Source of the DNA: Malacoraja senta
Lineage: Eukaryota
NCBI GenBank assembly: GCA_038087875.1
Contig: JAXLNO010002228.1
Location: forward strand, 1-64,000
Reading direction: 5' to 3'
Length of the DNA stretch: 64,000 bases
The position numbers and the translations under genes are program-made. Positions within the stretch are counted from its first letter, which is position 1. Every line of letters begins with the position of its first letter. The notes beneath the pieces are model-generated. The model did no database searches, was not told the DNA's origin, and worked only from the letters and a program-made list of their open reading frames with translations. Positions 1 to 13,700 of this stretch are shown one piece after another.

Positions 1-1139
1 ATGGTCTATTCATCAAACACATTCTACAGGCAACTATTATTAGGTGAAATCTCAAGAGCAGAACTTGTACCAAATGAGCCACATAAAATGAACTTGATCA
101 CTGTGCCACCAGTCACTGTGGACAATTTTATATTCATATGGATGATAAATTCTTTGCATTAGATTAGAAATGTACAAAGTACAAACAATCAAGACTTTTG
201 ACATCAAATAACCAAGCGTTATGTAACAACATTTATTGGTGCTGTGTCTCAGACTAAATGCAGTGTTAAAACAAAATATATTATATCCAATAATGACTGT
301 AGCTAATGGAATCTGCAACTAAAAACAGAAGACTGAAAGCATTCAATGGCTCAAGCAAAATTATTGGGACAAATGGTTGATGTCACAAATAGGGTCAAGA
401 ACCTGCACCAGGCCTGTGAGGGAAGAGGATGAATTGCCAATATATAGCAATCAGGGAGGAATAGGACAGAGGCTGGTAGATCAAACGTAGAACCAGGTGG
501 GGAGAGGATAATGGGTAGATGGAAACAGGTAGGAGAGGAGGAGGAAGAGGTGAACAACAGGAGAATAAACTGTTCAAATGAGACAGAGGTTCACTTGCAT
601 CTCTTTCAACTTTCTATACTGCAATCATTGCTCACACTGTGGAGAAACTAGCTTAGATGTCAACCATTTTGTACAGCACATCCCTTTGAAGTAAAGATCA
701 TCCTGAGATCTGTTGTATGATATTTTAATACCCCTTCCCACTCTCACACTCACCCATCTGTCGTTAACCTTGGGCACAGAAAGTTTTAAGTAAAATATCT
801 GATAATCCACCTGGGTAACTTTATATGAATATAAAGTTTTCACATTTCAGCTTATCCATACCACTGGTGTTCATTTGTTCTCCCACAACCACCCATACAC
901 CAACTTTGCTCCATCTGCCCATCATCCCCTCCCCAGCTGATTTTACTTCGGAGTCACGTGAGTGACTACGTGAAGAAGCCCCGTCCAGCCGCACACGCGT
1001 CATTATCGATCAGACGCATAGCGTTCATGACCGTGTGTGGAGGAGCAGGAGCTCCTCCAGCCGGTGAGTAAAACAAAAGTCGGAAGGTAAGTGAGTTACT
1101 TTTCACTTACAGGAGCGTTTCCTTCCCGTTTAGACTTGT

Positions 1140-2620
1140 TTGATGGAACTCCACACAAGTTTATTATGGAGAAATGGGAAGGAGAGTCGGCCAGGGACGC
1201 ACTGTAGTAAAACCCCAGATCCTAAGGGTAGCGGGCGTCAGTCAGGGGAGTCAGTGGCAGCGAAGCCATTAACTCCAGTTGTGGTCGAATGTGCGTTAAA
1301 CCGCCGCGGGCGGGCGCAAGGCAAAAATCGGCCCGACCTGTAGACTCGGATGAGTCAGACCCGGAGGTATGCCCTCCTGAGGCAGGAAAGAGTATTACAC
1401 TGCAAGGGTCAAAAACGTTATAACTCCTTATGGGGCAGATGATTTGTAAAGAACCCCCACAGGAGGATTTAAGTCGGTGTTGGCCAATGAAGTATAGCAC
1501 AGGAGGTGCCTTGGAACAGGCACAAGGGTGGCCTACAGGAGAGCCATCAGTGCCTGTGCAGAAACATTAAAGAGGTTGGCCTACAGGAGAGCCAGTGCCC
1601 AAAAATGCCATAAAAAAGGCAAGTTATGTGTTGGCCTATTGGAGAGCCAGTACTAGAAATGCCTGAACAAAAGGCAGCACAAACGTGCAATGATAAATGT
1701 GCCAGCACCGACAAATATAAAGAGTAAAAATAATGAAGCGTTGGCCTAGAATTGAGCCAGCGCCAGCAGCACCTGAAGCAGGGCTGCCTGTCCGTGGGCC
1801 TACAAGAGAGTCCGCGCAGGGGGAATCTGGCAGAGACTTACCTGAAACAGGGGAGTCAGAAATTACCCAACATAAAAATGAATATTTAAATTTAGATGAT
1901 GATTTAAATGAGGACCAGAGCCCATTATCAGAGCCACAAATGTTCCAAGGCTGGCACAAAACTTTGCTGTTCCCAGAGTAACAGGGGAACCTTTGAGAGA
2001 GGAAATAGCTATGACTATAAATTATCTACTCTCCCATCAGCCCCAGGAATTAACCATGGATGAGACAAAAAAAATATGAGACCCGGGAAATTGTAGCAGT
2101 TACAGCAGTGAATAACTTGATATGGGTAATTTGAGCAGTGGTTTACGCTCACAAGAATTGAAATTACACAAGTGCTGAAATTTCTGGGGTCAGTGGTTTG
2201 GATGAAGGTTATATATCGTATTCACAACAAAATGTAGCACTCATGTGTAGTGCGCACTTTGAAATAAATTGTATTCATAAAAATGCAATAAGACCAAATA
2301 TTCATCCTAAGTATGCAGGCTCTGCAAACCATGCAATATACAAATGCCTAAATCTGTTTAGGAGAAAATCTAACAAAGAAACTAAAGGATCACCTATGCT
2401 GAGCAGAGCGGTGAGAAGGCAGTATCCCTACATGCGAAATGTGGTGCTGGAGAAGGAACAATCCTATCATTCTCGTATACACGTTGACGTGCTGCACCGA
2501 GGATACGTGGAGGTTACAATGTGCCTACTAGAAGGGGACAAACAACTGCCGGTGGCAAACCCTGAGGTTAGGGGGCTTGGTCTGGTAAGAAACACAACAA
2601 ATGTTTCACACTCACAAATA
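1140..2620 (+). pseudogene. DIRS gag-like ORF1 remnant (fragmented)
   Basis: Position before RT. Segment ALMCSAHFEINCIHKNAIRPNIHPKYAG is paralleled by LLCSTHFEINCPRKGAIRPIMNPKFAA in the second DIRS. Multiple stops/frameshifts. Confidence 0.6.
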
Positions 2621-4034
2621 GGGGGAAGGTTACGATTCTTCCTAAAAGAATGGCAATCAATAACAAATGATTCATTTATTCTATGTAGCATTGTTGGATT
2701 CAAAATTGAGTTCTCTCCACTTTTGGATCCTCCAATTCAGCATAATTCAAACTGGTCACAGATTTTTTTCAAAGGAAGAGAATGGGTAGATCAAAGGAGA
2801 ATTGAAAAATGTTATGCAGAAAAGGATGATATAAATGTCAGTAGAACAACACCATCAGTTTGTGTCAAATATTCTCCTAGGAATATTCTCCTAGAAAAGG
2901 GATGGTGGACGTAGAATCATTTCCGATCTGACAAATCTTAACCTTTATGTACAATAGAAACATTTCAAAATGGAAACATTTACTAATGCCATTTAGCTAG
3001 TCACAAAGAATTGCTACAAGGCAAGCATAGATCTGCAAAATGCATATTATTCTGTGGCAATGCATGGTAATGATCAAAGATATTTGAAATTTAGATGGAT
3101 GAGTCAGTTATGGCAATTTAAAGCATTGCCCAATGGTCTGATTTCAGCACCAAGATTATTCACTAAATTGCTCAAACCAATTTTAGCTCTGTTAAGAGCT
3201 GAGGGCCATGTATTAATGGCTTATTTAGATGATATCCTCATTGTAGGGGACACTTTGGCTGCTGCAAAATTGTCAGTATCCAGTCAAATACATTTTGAGA
3301 AATTAGGTTTCATTATTCACCTACAAAAATCTAAATTGTTACCAAGCAAAAAGATTGATTACCTAGGGTTCACAATTAACTCCGAACACATGGTAATCAC
3401 TTTGCCAAAAGATAAAAAGCTGCAGTTAATTGAAGGTTGCATAAAACTCATTAACGAGGACACATCTTCAATTAGAGAAGTGGCAAGCTTGCTAGGCAAA
3501 TTAATTGCAGGGTTTCCAGCGGTCACGTTTGGACCATTGCATTATCAATGTTTACAGAGAGCTAAGGTACAAGCGTTAAAAATGTATAGAGGGCATTTTG
3601 ATAGGCCCATGAAATTAACAATTCAATCCATTACAGAAATAGAATGGTGGATTAACAATGTTTCTAATGCTTCCAGAAAAGTTCTGGTAGAAACACCTTC
3701 CGTCACTCGACAGACTGATGTAAGTGCGCTGAGTTGGGGCGCTACTAACATGATTTCCAGCTGTGGAGGTAGGTGGAATGTGAATGAAGTACCTTTGCTG
3801 GAAAAACTGGGAATCAATTACCTAGAGCTATTAGGCGCATTTTACGGCCTTAGAGCTTATTGCACTGATATGGGAAATGTGCATGTTCAGGTACAGGTTG
3901 ACAATACTACAGCTGTAGCATACATAAATCACATGGGTGGTATAAAATCAGAATCATGTGATAAATTGGCAAATGAAATTTGGACCTGGGGTATTGCCAG
4001 AAAAATGTGGCTGTTAGCAATATTTACCAGGTAA
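2620..4034 (+). pseudogene. DIRS reverse transcriptase/RNase H (frameshifted)
   Basis: GGRL..F...W N-terminal motif; QFKALPNGLISAPRLFTK, AYLDDILI (YXDD), YLGF; RNaseH-like INYLEL and VQVDNTTAVAYINHMGG. Confidence 0.92.
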
Positions 4035-4453
4035 AAATTAATACAATTGCAGACAAAAGATCACATAAATTTAATGATAATACAGAATGGATGTTAAATC
4101 GGAAAATATTCACACTAATTATCACACAATTTGGAATGCCAGAAATTGATCTGTTTGCATCAAGATTGAACCACCAGTTGCCTAAGTATGTGTCATGGGA
4201 ACCTGATCCTGGTGCAGTAGTGGTGGATGCTTTCTCGCTACATTGGGGTGGTATGTTTCTGTATGCGTTTCCACCATTTTGTTTAATCCACAAATGCATA
4301 CAGAAAATTAAACAAGATTCAGCCTCAGGGATTTTGGTAGTACCAGATTGGCCCACACAGGTGTGGTACCCACTGGTGTTAAAAATGGGGGGAAAAAACC
4401 CAAAACCCTTATGGTTATTCCAAAGCAGATTAAACTGCTTGTACACCCTGTGA
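3980..4453 (+). pseudogene. DIRS methyltransferase-like (dam-like) domain
   Basis: IDLFASRLNHQLPKYVSW...DAFSLHW...YAFPPF...LVVPDWPTQVWYP, the MT-like C-terminal domain typical of DIRS1 pol. Confidence 0.85.
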
Positions 4454-4496
4454 CTAATGAATCACATCCTTTACATAATCGTATTGGTTTGTTGAT

Positions 4497-5492
4497 TTGC
4501 AGATTCTAAGAAGGCCATATCTTGGAAAAGGATTATCAGACTGTACGGTGGATGTTATGACAGCAGCCTGGAGGAATAGTACCCAGAAGCAGTACATTTC
4601 CTATATAAAGAAATGGGAGGTGTTTTGTTCAGGAAAGAATATTGCATATAACACAGCAGAAATTTCAGATGTAATAGAGTTTCTTTCAACTCTACACTAT
4701 GAATTGAAATTAAGTTATAGTGCAATTAATACTGCACGAAGTGCACTCTCTGCATATTTAAGCAGTGAATCAGAACAAACTCCAATTGGAGCACATCCTT
4801 GGGTCTGTAGGTTTATGAAAGGAATTTTCAACTCTAATCCTCCCAGACCCAGGTATACAGAAATTTGGAATGTAAAATATGTACTGATGTTCCTAAGGAA
4901 TTGGAATCCAGTTGAAACTCTGTCATTATCCAAAATTACCATGAAATTGGTTATGTTCATGGCATTAGTTTCAGCGCAGAGAGTTCAAACATTACAGAAA
5001 CTCAGAATTGATAGAATGAAAGTAGGGCAAAATGCCGTGACATTCTATGTCTATGATTTACTGAAGCAAAGTAGACCTGGGTCCACAGGATGCAAGTTGG
5101 AATTTTTAGCATATCCTGCAGATCCACGACTGTGTGTAGTAACATATGTGAAATGTTACATAGAAACAACAAAAGTTTTAAGAGGCGCCGAATTGGCATT
5201 TTTTATTAGTCATAAAAAGCCTCATAAGAAAGTGTCAACACAAACAATTTCACGATGATTGAAACAGGTGTTGAGATATTCAGGTATTGATACTGATAAA
5301 TTTAAATCTCATTCCACCAGGGCGGCATCAACATCAGCGGCCAGGGATTCAGACGTGCTAATAGACCTTATTCTCGTGGCCGCGGGATGGGCAAGTGAAC
5401 AGATGTTTCACAAGTATTACCACAAGGAGATTAAAGATCTCAGAGGGTTTGGTGATGCCGTGCGGGATACAGTATTAAATCCCCCATTATAA
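4497..5492 (+). pseudogene. DIRS tyrosine recombinase (one in-frame stop at ~5256)
   Basis: WRNSTQKQY N-terminal domain; SAQRVQTL (R); KQSRPG; HSTRAASTS (HxxR); AAGW; FHKYY (catalytic Y). Confidence 0.92.
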
Positions 5493-5657
5493 ATGGGCCT
5501 AATTTTGTTACTTTTATTAAAATAAATAAAACCATTAACTGATTACATTCAAATGTTGTGGTTATGCATTGTTGATTGTGCTTACTCAAATAGAGTCAAT
5601 CGATGCAGTGAACACCTGGATTTGAATCCACGGTGTGAAATCACAGAGCTTTGAAAT

Positions 5658-5770
5658 CTTCACGTAGTCACTCATGTGACTCCGAAGTAAAATAGTAAGA
5701 TTAAACGAGAACTTACCAAGTTTGAAGCTTGATCTTTATTTTATGAGGAGTAACGTTGAGGGATTACGTG
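5658..5770 (+). repeat. DIRS internal complementary region (ICR), copy A
   Basis: cttcacgtagtcactcatgtgactccgaagtaaaat = revcomp of left end; aatagtaagattaaacgagaac...ggattacgtg = revcomp of right end (5917-5996). Confidence 0.92.
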
Positions 5771-6321
5771 CCCTCCGCTCCCACCCTCATAAAAAGATCA
5801 AGCTGGTAGTTCTAAGTCTTTATGCATCTTACTATCATACTTCAGTAATTATCGTCTGTGATTGTCACTCCGCTGCTTTGAAAGATTGACGCGTGTGCGG
5901 CTGGATGGGGCTTCTTCACGTAATCCCTCAACGTTACTCCTCATAAAATAAAGATCAAACTTCAAACTTGGTAAGTTCTCGTTTAATCTTACTATTCCTC
6001 CTGCCACATACCAGCCTCTGCCCCATTCCTCCTTCAAACTGTTAGAATCTTCCCATCCTCTCCTTCAATTCTAATGCAGTGCCTTGCCTTGAAATGTTGG
6101 TATATGTCATTTGCCTCCACAGATGCTGTTTGACCAAGTACTTCCACTGGCCTTTCTTTAGTCTAAAATTCTTGTTGGAAATAACCACAAAGTCTTACTC
6201 TATCTATAATTGAAACCATTTAATTGGTGCTTAGAGAGCTTTCTAAAATCATGAGGGCGATTGATCAGGATTTATTTTACCCAGGGTAGGGTAATCAAGA
6301 ACCAGCAAAAACAGGTTTAAG

Positions 6322-6964
6322 CAGTGTTCAATGCTAATTTTTTAGGTGTCGGAGCTGTCAAACAGGGGCATTTCAGATTTTGCTGGGGGGGGGGGGGGGG
6401 GGCAAGCTAGTTTCCCTAGAGGGTCAAACAAGATTATAGCCTATTACTACATCCCAGTGTATAGCTAGTACTTTAAAACATATAATACTTAATTTAATTA
6501 TGACAAAATATTGCACGGTTGCACTCACTGATTATCATGAAATATAATTATGAAGCAAGTAAAGAAAAAGACTGTTATCATATATTTTTACAGAGGTGCC
6601 GGCAAGACACCGACTCGCCCTGACTATCCCACAGCTCTGGGCCTTCACACACACACACACACTCTCACCCTCACACCCATTCACCTACACACCCACCCAC
6701 TCATCCACCCACCAGAGTTCCAGGCTCAGCTCCAGGCCCACAACCACAAACGATGCACACATCACATGGTCTGTCTCTGCTGCATCATAGTGTTCCCCTC
6801 CTCCTACAGGGAACCTCAGTAGTGATGGATCTTCCTCTTACCCCTCTTTTAATCAGGTTACCCCGACCACACATCCGCTAGTTAAAATTCCACCCTGTTT
6901 ATTTTTTCTTTAACAGAGGTGCCGGATCGGTGCTCAGGTGAGCTCCGGCAGCACTGCACCCCTG
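6322..6964. mobile_element. Non-autonomous hAT-type DNA transposon inserted in a CR1 fragment
   Basis: Exact 8-bp TSD GGTTTAAG (6314-6321 and 6965-6972). CAG...CTG termini with imperfect TIR. Flanks rejoin into CR1 3' sequence (aggtttaaggtgag). Confidence 0.75.
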
Positions 6965-9320
6965 GGTTTAAGGTGAGGAGGAAGATTTAGTAGGAACCTG
7001 AGAGGCAACCTTTTCTACTAAGAGGTTACTGGGTGTATGGAATGAGCTGCCAGCGAAGGCAGAATAACAACATTGAAAAGACACTTGGACAGGTACATGG
7101 ATAGAACATGTTGAGAGGAATGTGGGCCAAACGCTGGCAAATGTGACTAACCTAAATGTAGCATCTTGTTCAGCTTGGAGCATTAGGCTGAAGTACCTAC
7201 TTCCATGCTATATGGCTCTATGACTCTTTGTTAGATGAACATAAACATGGCAAATGGAGTTTAATAATGGAAAATATGTGCTCACACACTCTGGTAAGAG
7301 CAATTCAAAGGAAGCTATTATCTAAATGGAGTGAAATTGCAAATGAGTGGAGTACAAGAGATTCAAGTGCTTAAAGTGCAAAACAAAAAGCCAGCAGGTA
7401 GATGCAGCACACAACTCAGAAGGTGAGTAGCATTCAAAGGTAGGTTACTATTGTAATTATGGTACATGATGTTGCTAAGGACATATCAGGAGCACTGTGC
7501 ACAGCTTGGTCCTCAAATTTAAGAAAGGATATATTAATATTGGATATCAGCTAGAAGAGATTTCTGGAATAAGCAAGTGTTACCTAACCATGAATGGCTG
7601 AAATCACTGGTTCTGTGTCCCTTGGAGATGACAAGAAACAGAGTTAACCTTATGAATGTATTAAAGAGGCATGATGTGGTGGTGAATTGATGGATAATGC
7701 GTGGATATATTCTAAAAGACCAGGGAATTGTGTCTTATGTGGAATAAGCACAGTAAAGGAGTTGAGGCCTCAGTCATATCAGCTGTTATCAACATAAATT
7801 GCTAGATAGCTCTAATTTGTACAAATGCAGGGCAGTCTATTGAGAATTTCTGTCATGTTTGATAAACTTAATTTAACTCTTTCCATTTATTTCAGTTCCT
7901 GCATTTTAATCACATCCATGAAATCTTCTACTCAGCGATTGGTTAGCAGTGCACGTTCTGCTTTGGTTGAATATTTTGATAATCTGAGGAGGGAAATTAA
8001 ATATTAGACAACAAAGAAATGGCATAGCAGAGAACAGAACTCAGAAAGATGCAACTAGTTTATTCGCTTTAACTGTTGATTCATCCCACATAACATCTTC
8101 CTTCCAGATATAAAGGCACAGTGCCAGACACCTGGGTTTGATCCTGACCACGGGTGATGTCTGTACGGAATTTGTACCTTCTCCCTGTGACTGCATAGGT
8201 TTCTCCAGGTGCTCCAGTTTCCTCCCACATTCCAAAGACAGATGTGCAGGTTTGTAGGTTAATTGACGTGTTCCTAGCTTATGTGGGTGATCGTTGGTTG
8301 GTGCGGCCTCAGTGGGGCCGAAGTGTCTGTTTCAATGCTCTCTCTCTAAACTAAACAAAAAACTCAATACTCCTTCAAATAGTTTCGTTCACACAAGTTC
8401 TATGTTATCTAACTTTCGCTTCCACACTAGGGTCAAATTACAGAGACCAATTAACCCATAAACCTGGCATCTTTAGTATGTGTGTGAAAACTGGAGGACA
8501 GTGGAAACCCATGCGGTCATAGGGAATACATGCAAACTTCACACAGCCGACAAGCGAGGTTAGGATTGAACTGATGTCTATGACGCACTGAGGCAGCAGC
8601 TCTATCAGCAGCGCCACTCTGCCTCAGGTTGCGTCATGTTCAGCACAAACGTTGTTGGACAAAGGACCTGTTCCTCTATTACAGGGGCATTCCCATTCAC
8701 CGTAAAATTCAGCGAACTCAGCACCATTGGGTCACTGGAAATATTCCCTGCCTGACCATCAGATCCCTCCAGATCAGTCGGACAGACACCAGTTAGGCAG
8801 CATCTGCCTGCAAATGATTCATGTCCCTCAAACCCCTGCATCTCCATGCACCACAAAGGTGCACCCCAGACGCCACCATCCCTGGCAGTGCTTTCCAGGC
8901 ACACACCACATAGTATGTAATAAAAACTTGCCCTTTTAAAAACTGCAGCTTCTACCCTGCACTGAATATAATGCAATAATTTAAATGCCATAGTAGGCAT
9001 TTAGTTAATTGGGATAATTTTAGTCAATTGGGAGGTGTGATTGCAAATCTTGTACAATATCATAAACCAAGTAAAATGTGACAAAGTCAAAATGGCCAGG
9101 CACAAAGAACAGAATAATCATGAACATCAATAACATGTCAATAACTAGACTCTCCTTGTGTAAGGCAGCATGCTGTAAGGTTGCAAACTCGTTTGCTCCC
9201 TTAACTTTTAACTTCCACTGACCACTCTTTCAATGTTACTGGTGACTATTTGACTTCAAGACATCGTCTAACTGTTCATAAAGTGTTGATAACACATTTA
9301 CACGCCTTAATCGTGAAAAG

Positions 9321-10156
9321 GATGGAGACAAGAAGGAAAGGAGGATCCCCAAAGAAGGAACTGGGGAAAGCCACAACCACAGCTGTAGCTTCTGATTCCA
9401 GCATCATAGAAGCAATATCGAAAATGAACGATGAATTGAAAAATGAGCTGAAAAATGAAACGAAAACAAGATTTGGCAGTTTGGAAGAAATGGTGAAAGG
9501 AGTTGACCAAATTGAAGGAAGTCCAAGGAAAACTGTTTTTGTTACAAGATGAACTTCTTGAACAAAAGGATCAAATTGATATCTTGCGCACCCTGGGACA
9601 GGAGAGAGATTTGAAATTTGAAAAATTGGAACGGAGAATGAATGAAAACACTTGAGAACTTCAGCAATACAAGTCTAAAAATATGGACTTAGAATACAGA
9701 AGCCGTCGTTTGAATTGATGAATTGTTGGTTTGCCGGAAGGCCAAGGAGGAGATAACGTTATAAAATATGCTTCTAAAATGATAAAGGAAACATTCAACA
9801 TTGAGCACAATGAAAACCTTCTGTTCCTGGATAAGGCACACAGGATTGGGAAGAAATCCGGTAATAAACCGAGACACTTGATCATTCGGTTTCATTTTTT
9901 TCAAATGAAGGAGAATATTCTCCAGGCAGCAAAAAAGTTTGGTGTGGTTGAATACGAAGGATGTAAGTTTCGGTTTGTCCCTGATTATAGTTACGAGCTT
10001 TTGGAAATAAGAAAGACTTTTTATAATGTAATGTCTGATTTGTATAAGAAAAAACTGCGCCCAGCTCTATTATCACCAGCTAGATTGCGTATTCGGCTTT
10101 TCAATGGTAACTTTCGATTTTTTAACAGTCCTCAAGACGCCTCCAGCTGCGTCTGA
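9321..10156 (+). pseudogene. L1 ORF1 (RRM/CTD) remnant
   Basis: LDKAHRIG..KPRHLIIRFH, FVPDYS.EL...R, LLSPARLRI: L1 ORF1p motifs; frameshifted. Confidence 0.8.
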
Positions 10157-10759
10157 AGAGCTACGACGAGGAAGGGGAGTAATTGATAGCTGATTAAGTT
10201 ATAATTGGAGATTTACTGTTCCTCTTTTGACAACATTTCGTTTGGTAATGATTAAGAATTTAACTGGACGAGTTGTTTTTCTTTTATATATATTCTTTTA
10301 AGAATTTCTTTGTTAATTCGTGTTCCCCTGTCGTTAGACAAACTAAGAGAACGCAGTTCTTGTTTTTCATATTTTGACCTTGGATAATAATAAGCAGCAT
10401 TCCATGCCAGTCTGTATTTTTTTTTCTTCTCTCTCAAAGAGATAATAACGAATGTGTTATGACGTAGTGGTTAAATATTATTCATTTTATGCTGAGCGCT
10501 GTTACTGGGAGAGATGGGATCGGGGAGGGGATTAGGTAGTTTGCTGACTGTCTTTTGGTCAGTTTGGGGTTCTACAGGGGTGGGAGGGGAGAGGGGTCTT
10601 TTGTTCCCTATTTAGTGATCTCCATTTGTGCAAATTCTGAACTACAAAATTGGCTGAAATGTCGTCACCTGGCTCCGCCCTAGATTTTTCTTCTTCCAGT
10701 ATTATGAACTTTTAGGCTTCAAGAAATTAACCCATTACATCCCACATGATTTTTACAAG

Positions 10760-13700
10760 CAATATGGATAAAGTTCCTTTCATGGAATGTGAATGGCTTG
10801 AACCATCCCATTAAGAGGATTTTTTTTTAAAGTTCTTCACAGACTAAATGCTCAGATTATCTTTGTTCAGGAAACTCATGTAAGGCAAGATGACAAGTCA
10901 CGATTTTTCAAGTTTTGGAGAGGACAGCAGTTTCATTCAAATTCACAGGCTAAGGGGAAAGGAGTCTCTATTTTTATCGACCCCTCAATTCCGTTTGTTC
11001 ACCATGAAACAATTTCTGATCCATATAGCAGATTCTTGGTGATTACCGGTGTCCTTTATAGGCAAAAAGTCACTATGGTGAATGTCTATGCACCAAATAT
11101 TGATCACCCTGAGTTTTTTAAACAGTTAATTGCATCCTTTCCTAACTTAAATGAACACTTTTTAATAATGGGTGGAGACTTCAATTGCTGTTTGAATCCC
11201 TCGATTGATACGTCTACATCTGATCATGTGCTTCCAAATAAATCAGCTAATTTTATTAATTCTTTTTTACTTGACTCGGGAATGTTAGAAATTTGGAGAT
11301 TCTTACACGCAAATGACAAAGAATTTTCATTTTTCTCTCATGTATATCATAATTATTCTAGGATCGACTATTTTATACTAGATTCTCGGCTAATTCCATT
11401 CGTCATTGCATGTGAGTATGATGCAATTGCTATTTCTGATCATGCACCAGTGAAACTATTGATCAAACTACCTGATTCCAAGTTTAGTGCTAAACAATGG
11501 CGATTTAATGCTACTTTGCTTCAAGACTTAAACTTTATTAAGTTTATGAAAGATCAGATTGCTTTTTACTTCTTGACAAACTCTAATGAAGAGATATCGA
11601 ATGATATAGTTTGGGATGCTTTTAAGGCATATATTCATGGACAAATTATTTCATACTCCGCGGGATTAAAAAAACAAACACAAAAAGAAATACGCACATT
11701 GGCTGACGAGATTAAAGAAATTGATAAAAAATATTCAAAAGCTCCTAGTTTAGAGCTCTATAAGAATAGTTGAACTTCAATTGAGATATGATTTGTTATT
11801 AGTATCACCGATTGAGAACCAGTTACTTAAAACCAAAAGTAAATTTTATATAAATGGCAAAAATCTGGTAAATTACTTACTAATCAATTGAAAGCAGTGT
11901 CGGCCAAGAGTCAGATTACTAAAGTGAGTAAACGGGATGGTACAGTAACTGTAGACCATGACGAAATTAATAAGTCCTTTCAGGAATTTTATACCTCCCT
12001 ATACCAATCAGATTTTCCTACTGATTCCAATATAATGCATGAGTTTTTAAAGAAACTGAACTTACCAAATTTACCATACAATGAGTCTCTGTTGTTAGAT
12101 GAACCCATCACGGAAGAAGAAATACAGAGAGCAATTTTTTCAATGAATTCTGGTAAAACACCTGGTTTAGATGGGTTTACAGTAGAATTTTTAAAGTATT
12201 TCTCAAATTTATTGTCTCCATGGCTATGCAAGGTATTTAAAGAAGCTTTTTTAAAGGAATAGATTACCACAATCTTTTTATGAAGCTTCTATTTCTTTAA
12301 TTTAAAAAAAAGATAAAGACCCTACTGAAGTGACATCATATAGACCTATATCAATGTTAAATGTAGATTTTAAAATTCTTTCCAAAATATTAGCTATGAG
12401 ATTGGAAAAGATTTTACCGCAAATTATCTCTGAAGATCAGACAGGTTTTATTAAAAATCGTTACTCATTCTTTAATGTTAGGAGATTAATAAATATTGTA
12501 CATACAGCGTCTAATAAAACCCCAGAATGTGTCATCTCACTTGATGCCGAGAAGGCTATTGATAGAGTAGAATGGAATACTTATTCAATATACTTGAAAA
12601 AGTTAAGATTGGTCCAAAATTTATCTCTTGGATCAAACTGATATATCTTATACCTCAGGCTTCTGTATTTACTAATAATCAGAGATCCCCTTTTTTCAGG
12701 CTCTTTCGAGGTACGAGACAGGGCTGTCCCTTAAGTCCTTTACTATTTCACATTGCTTTGGAAACTTTAGCCACTGCTATTAGGGAATCCCCTAATATTT
12801 TTGGTATTGTCCGTGGGAATAAGACACATAAGCTATCTCTTTATGCAGATGATCTGTTATTATTTATTTCTAACCCTGAGAAATCTATTCCGGCAATAGT
12901 AGCATTACTTAATCAATTCAGTAGTTTTTCTGGTTATAAACTAAATCTTAGTAAGAGTGAGCTTTCCCATTATATAATTTTGTTTCGAGTTATGGACAGT
13001 TTCCATTTAGATTGACTACCGAAAGTTTTACTTATTTAGGTATTAAGATCACCAAGAAACACAAGGATTTATTTAAAGCTAATTTTATTCCTTTAATTGA
13101 CCATATTAAACATCAGTTCACTAAATGGTCACCAATGTCCTTATCCTTAATTGGCCGAATCAATGCTATTAAAATGCTCATTTTACCTAAATTTCTGTAT
13201 TTATTTCAGACGATACCAATTTGTATTGCCAAATCTTTCTTTGATATTATAGACTCTAAAATTTCTTCATATATATGGCAGAATAAAAATGCCAGACTAG
13301 GTAAAAAATACCTACAGAAATCAAAAAAAGTTGGTGGTTTGGCAATGCCGAACCTTAGACTCTACTATTGGGCAGTCAATGTTCGTTATTTAACATTTTG
13401 GACAAAAGATTTAGAAGATACCCAATGCCCTGGATGGATAAACCTAGAACGTGATTCCTTACAAGGGCTATAATTGGCTTCTATTCTAGGGACCTCGTTA
13501 CCTTTTACAATTACGAGATTGAATAAATATATGACGAACCCAATAATAAGACATACGTTCCGAATACGGTTTCAATTTCATAAGTTTTTTGGACTATCTG
13601 ATTTTATCCAAATTTCTCTTCCAACCATCTAGTACTGATCAAGTTTTTTTGTTATGGAAGGGGAAGGGATTAGTAGCTTTTTGTGATTTGTTTTTGGAGG

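Larger units (their letters stand above)
940..5996 (+). mobile_element. DIRS1-type tyrosine-recombinase retrotransposon, full-length, disrupted (copy A)
   Basis: gag-like, RT/RNaseH, MT and YR coding remnants in order. Left ITR (941-1000) is complementary to 5887-5922. An internal complementary region (5658-5770) is the reverse complement of both termini joined. ATT at both ends, no TSD. Confidence 0.95.

Noticed and set aside
200-790. Minus-strand acceptor at ~313 with downstream AATAAA, and a donor at ~750, as terminal MHC exons
   Set aside because: No frame-consistent, recognisable cytoplasmic tail, and about 29 kb from the TM exon. Unsupported.
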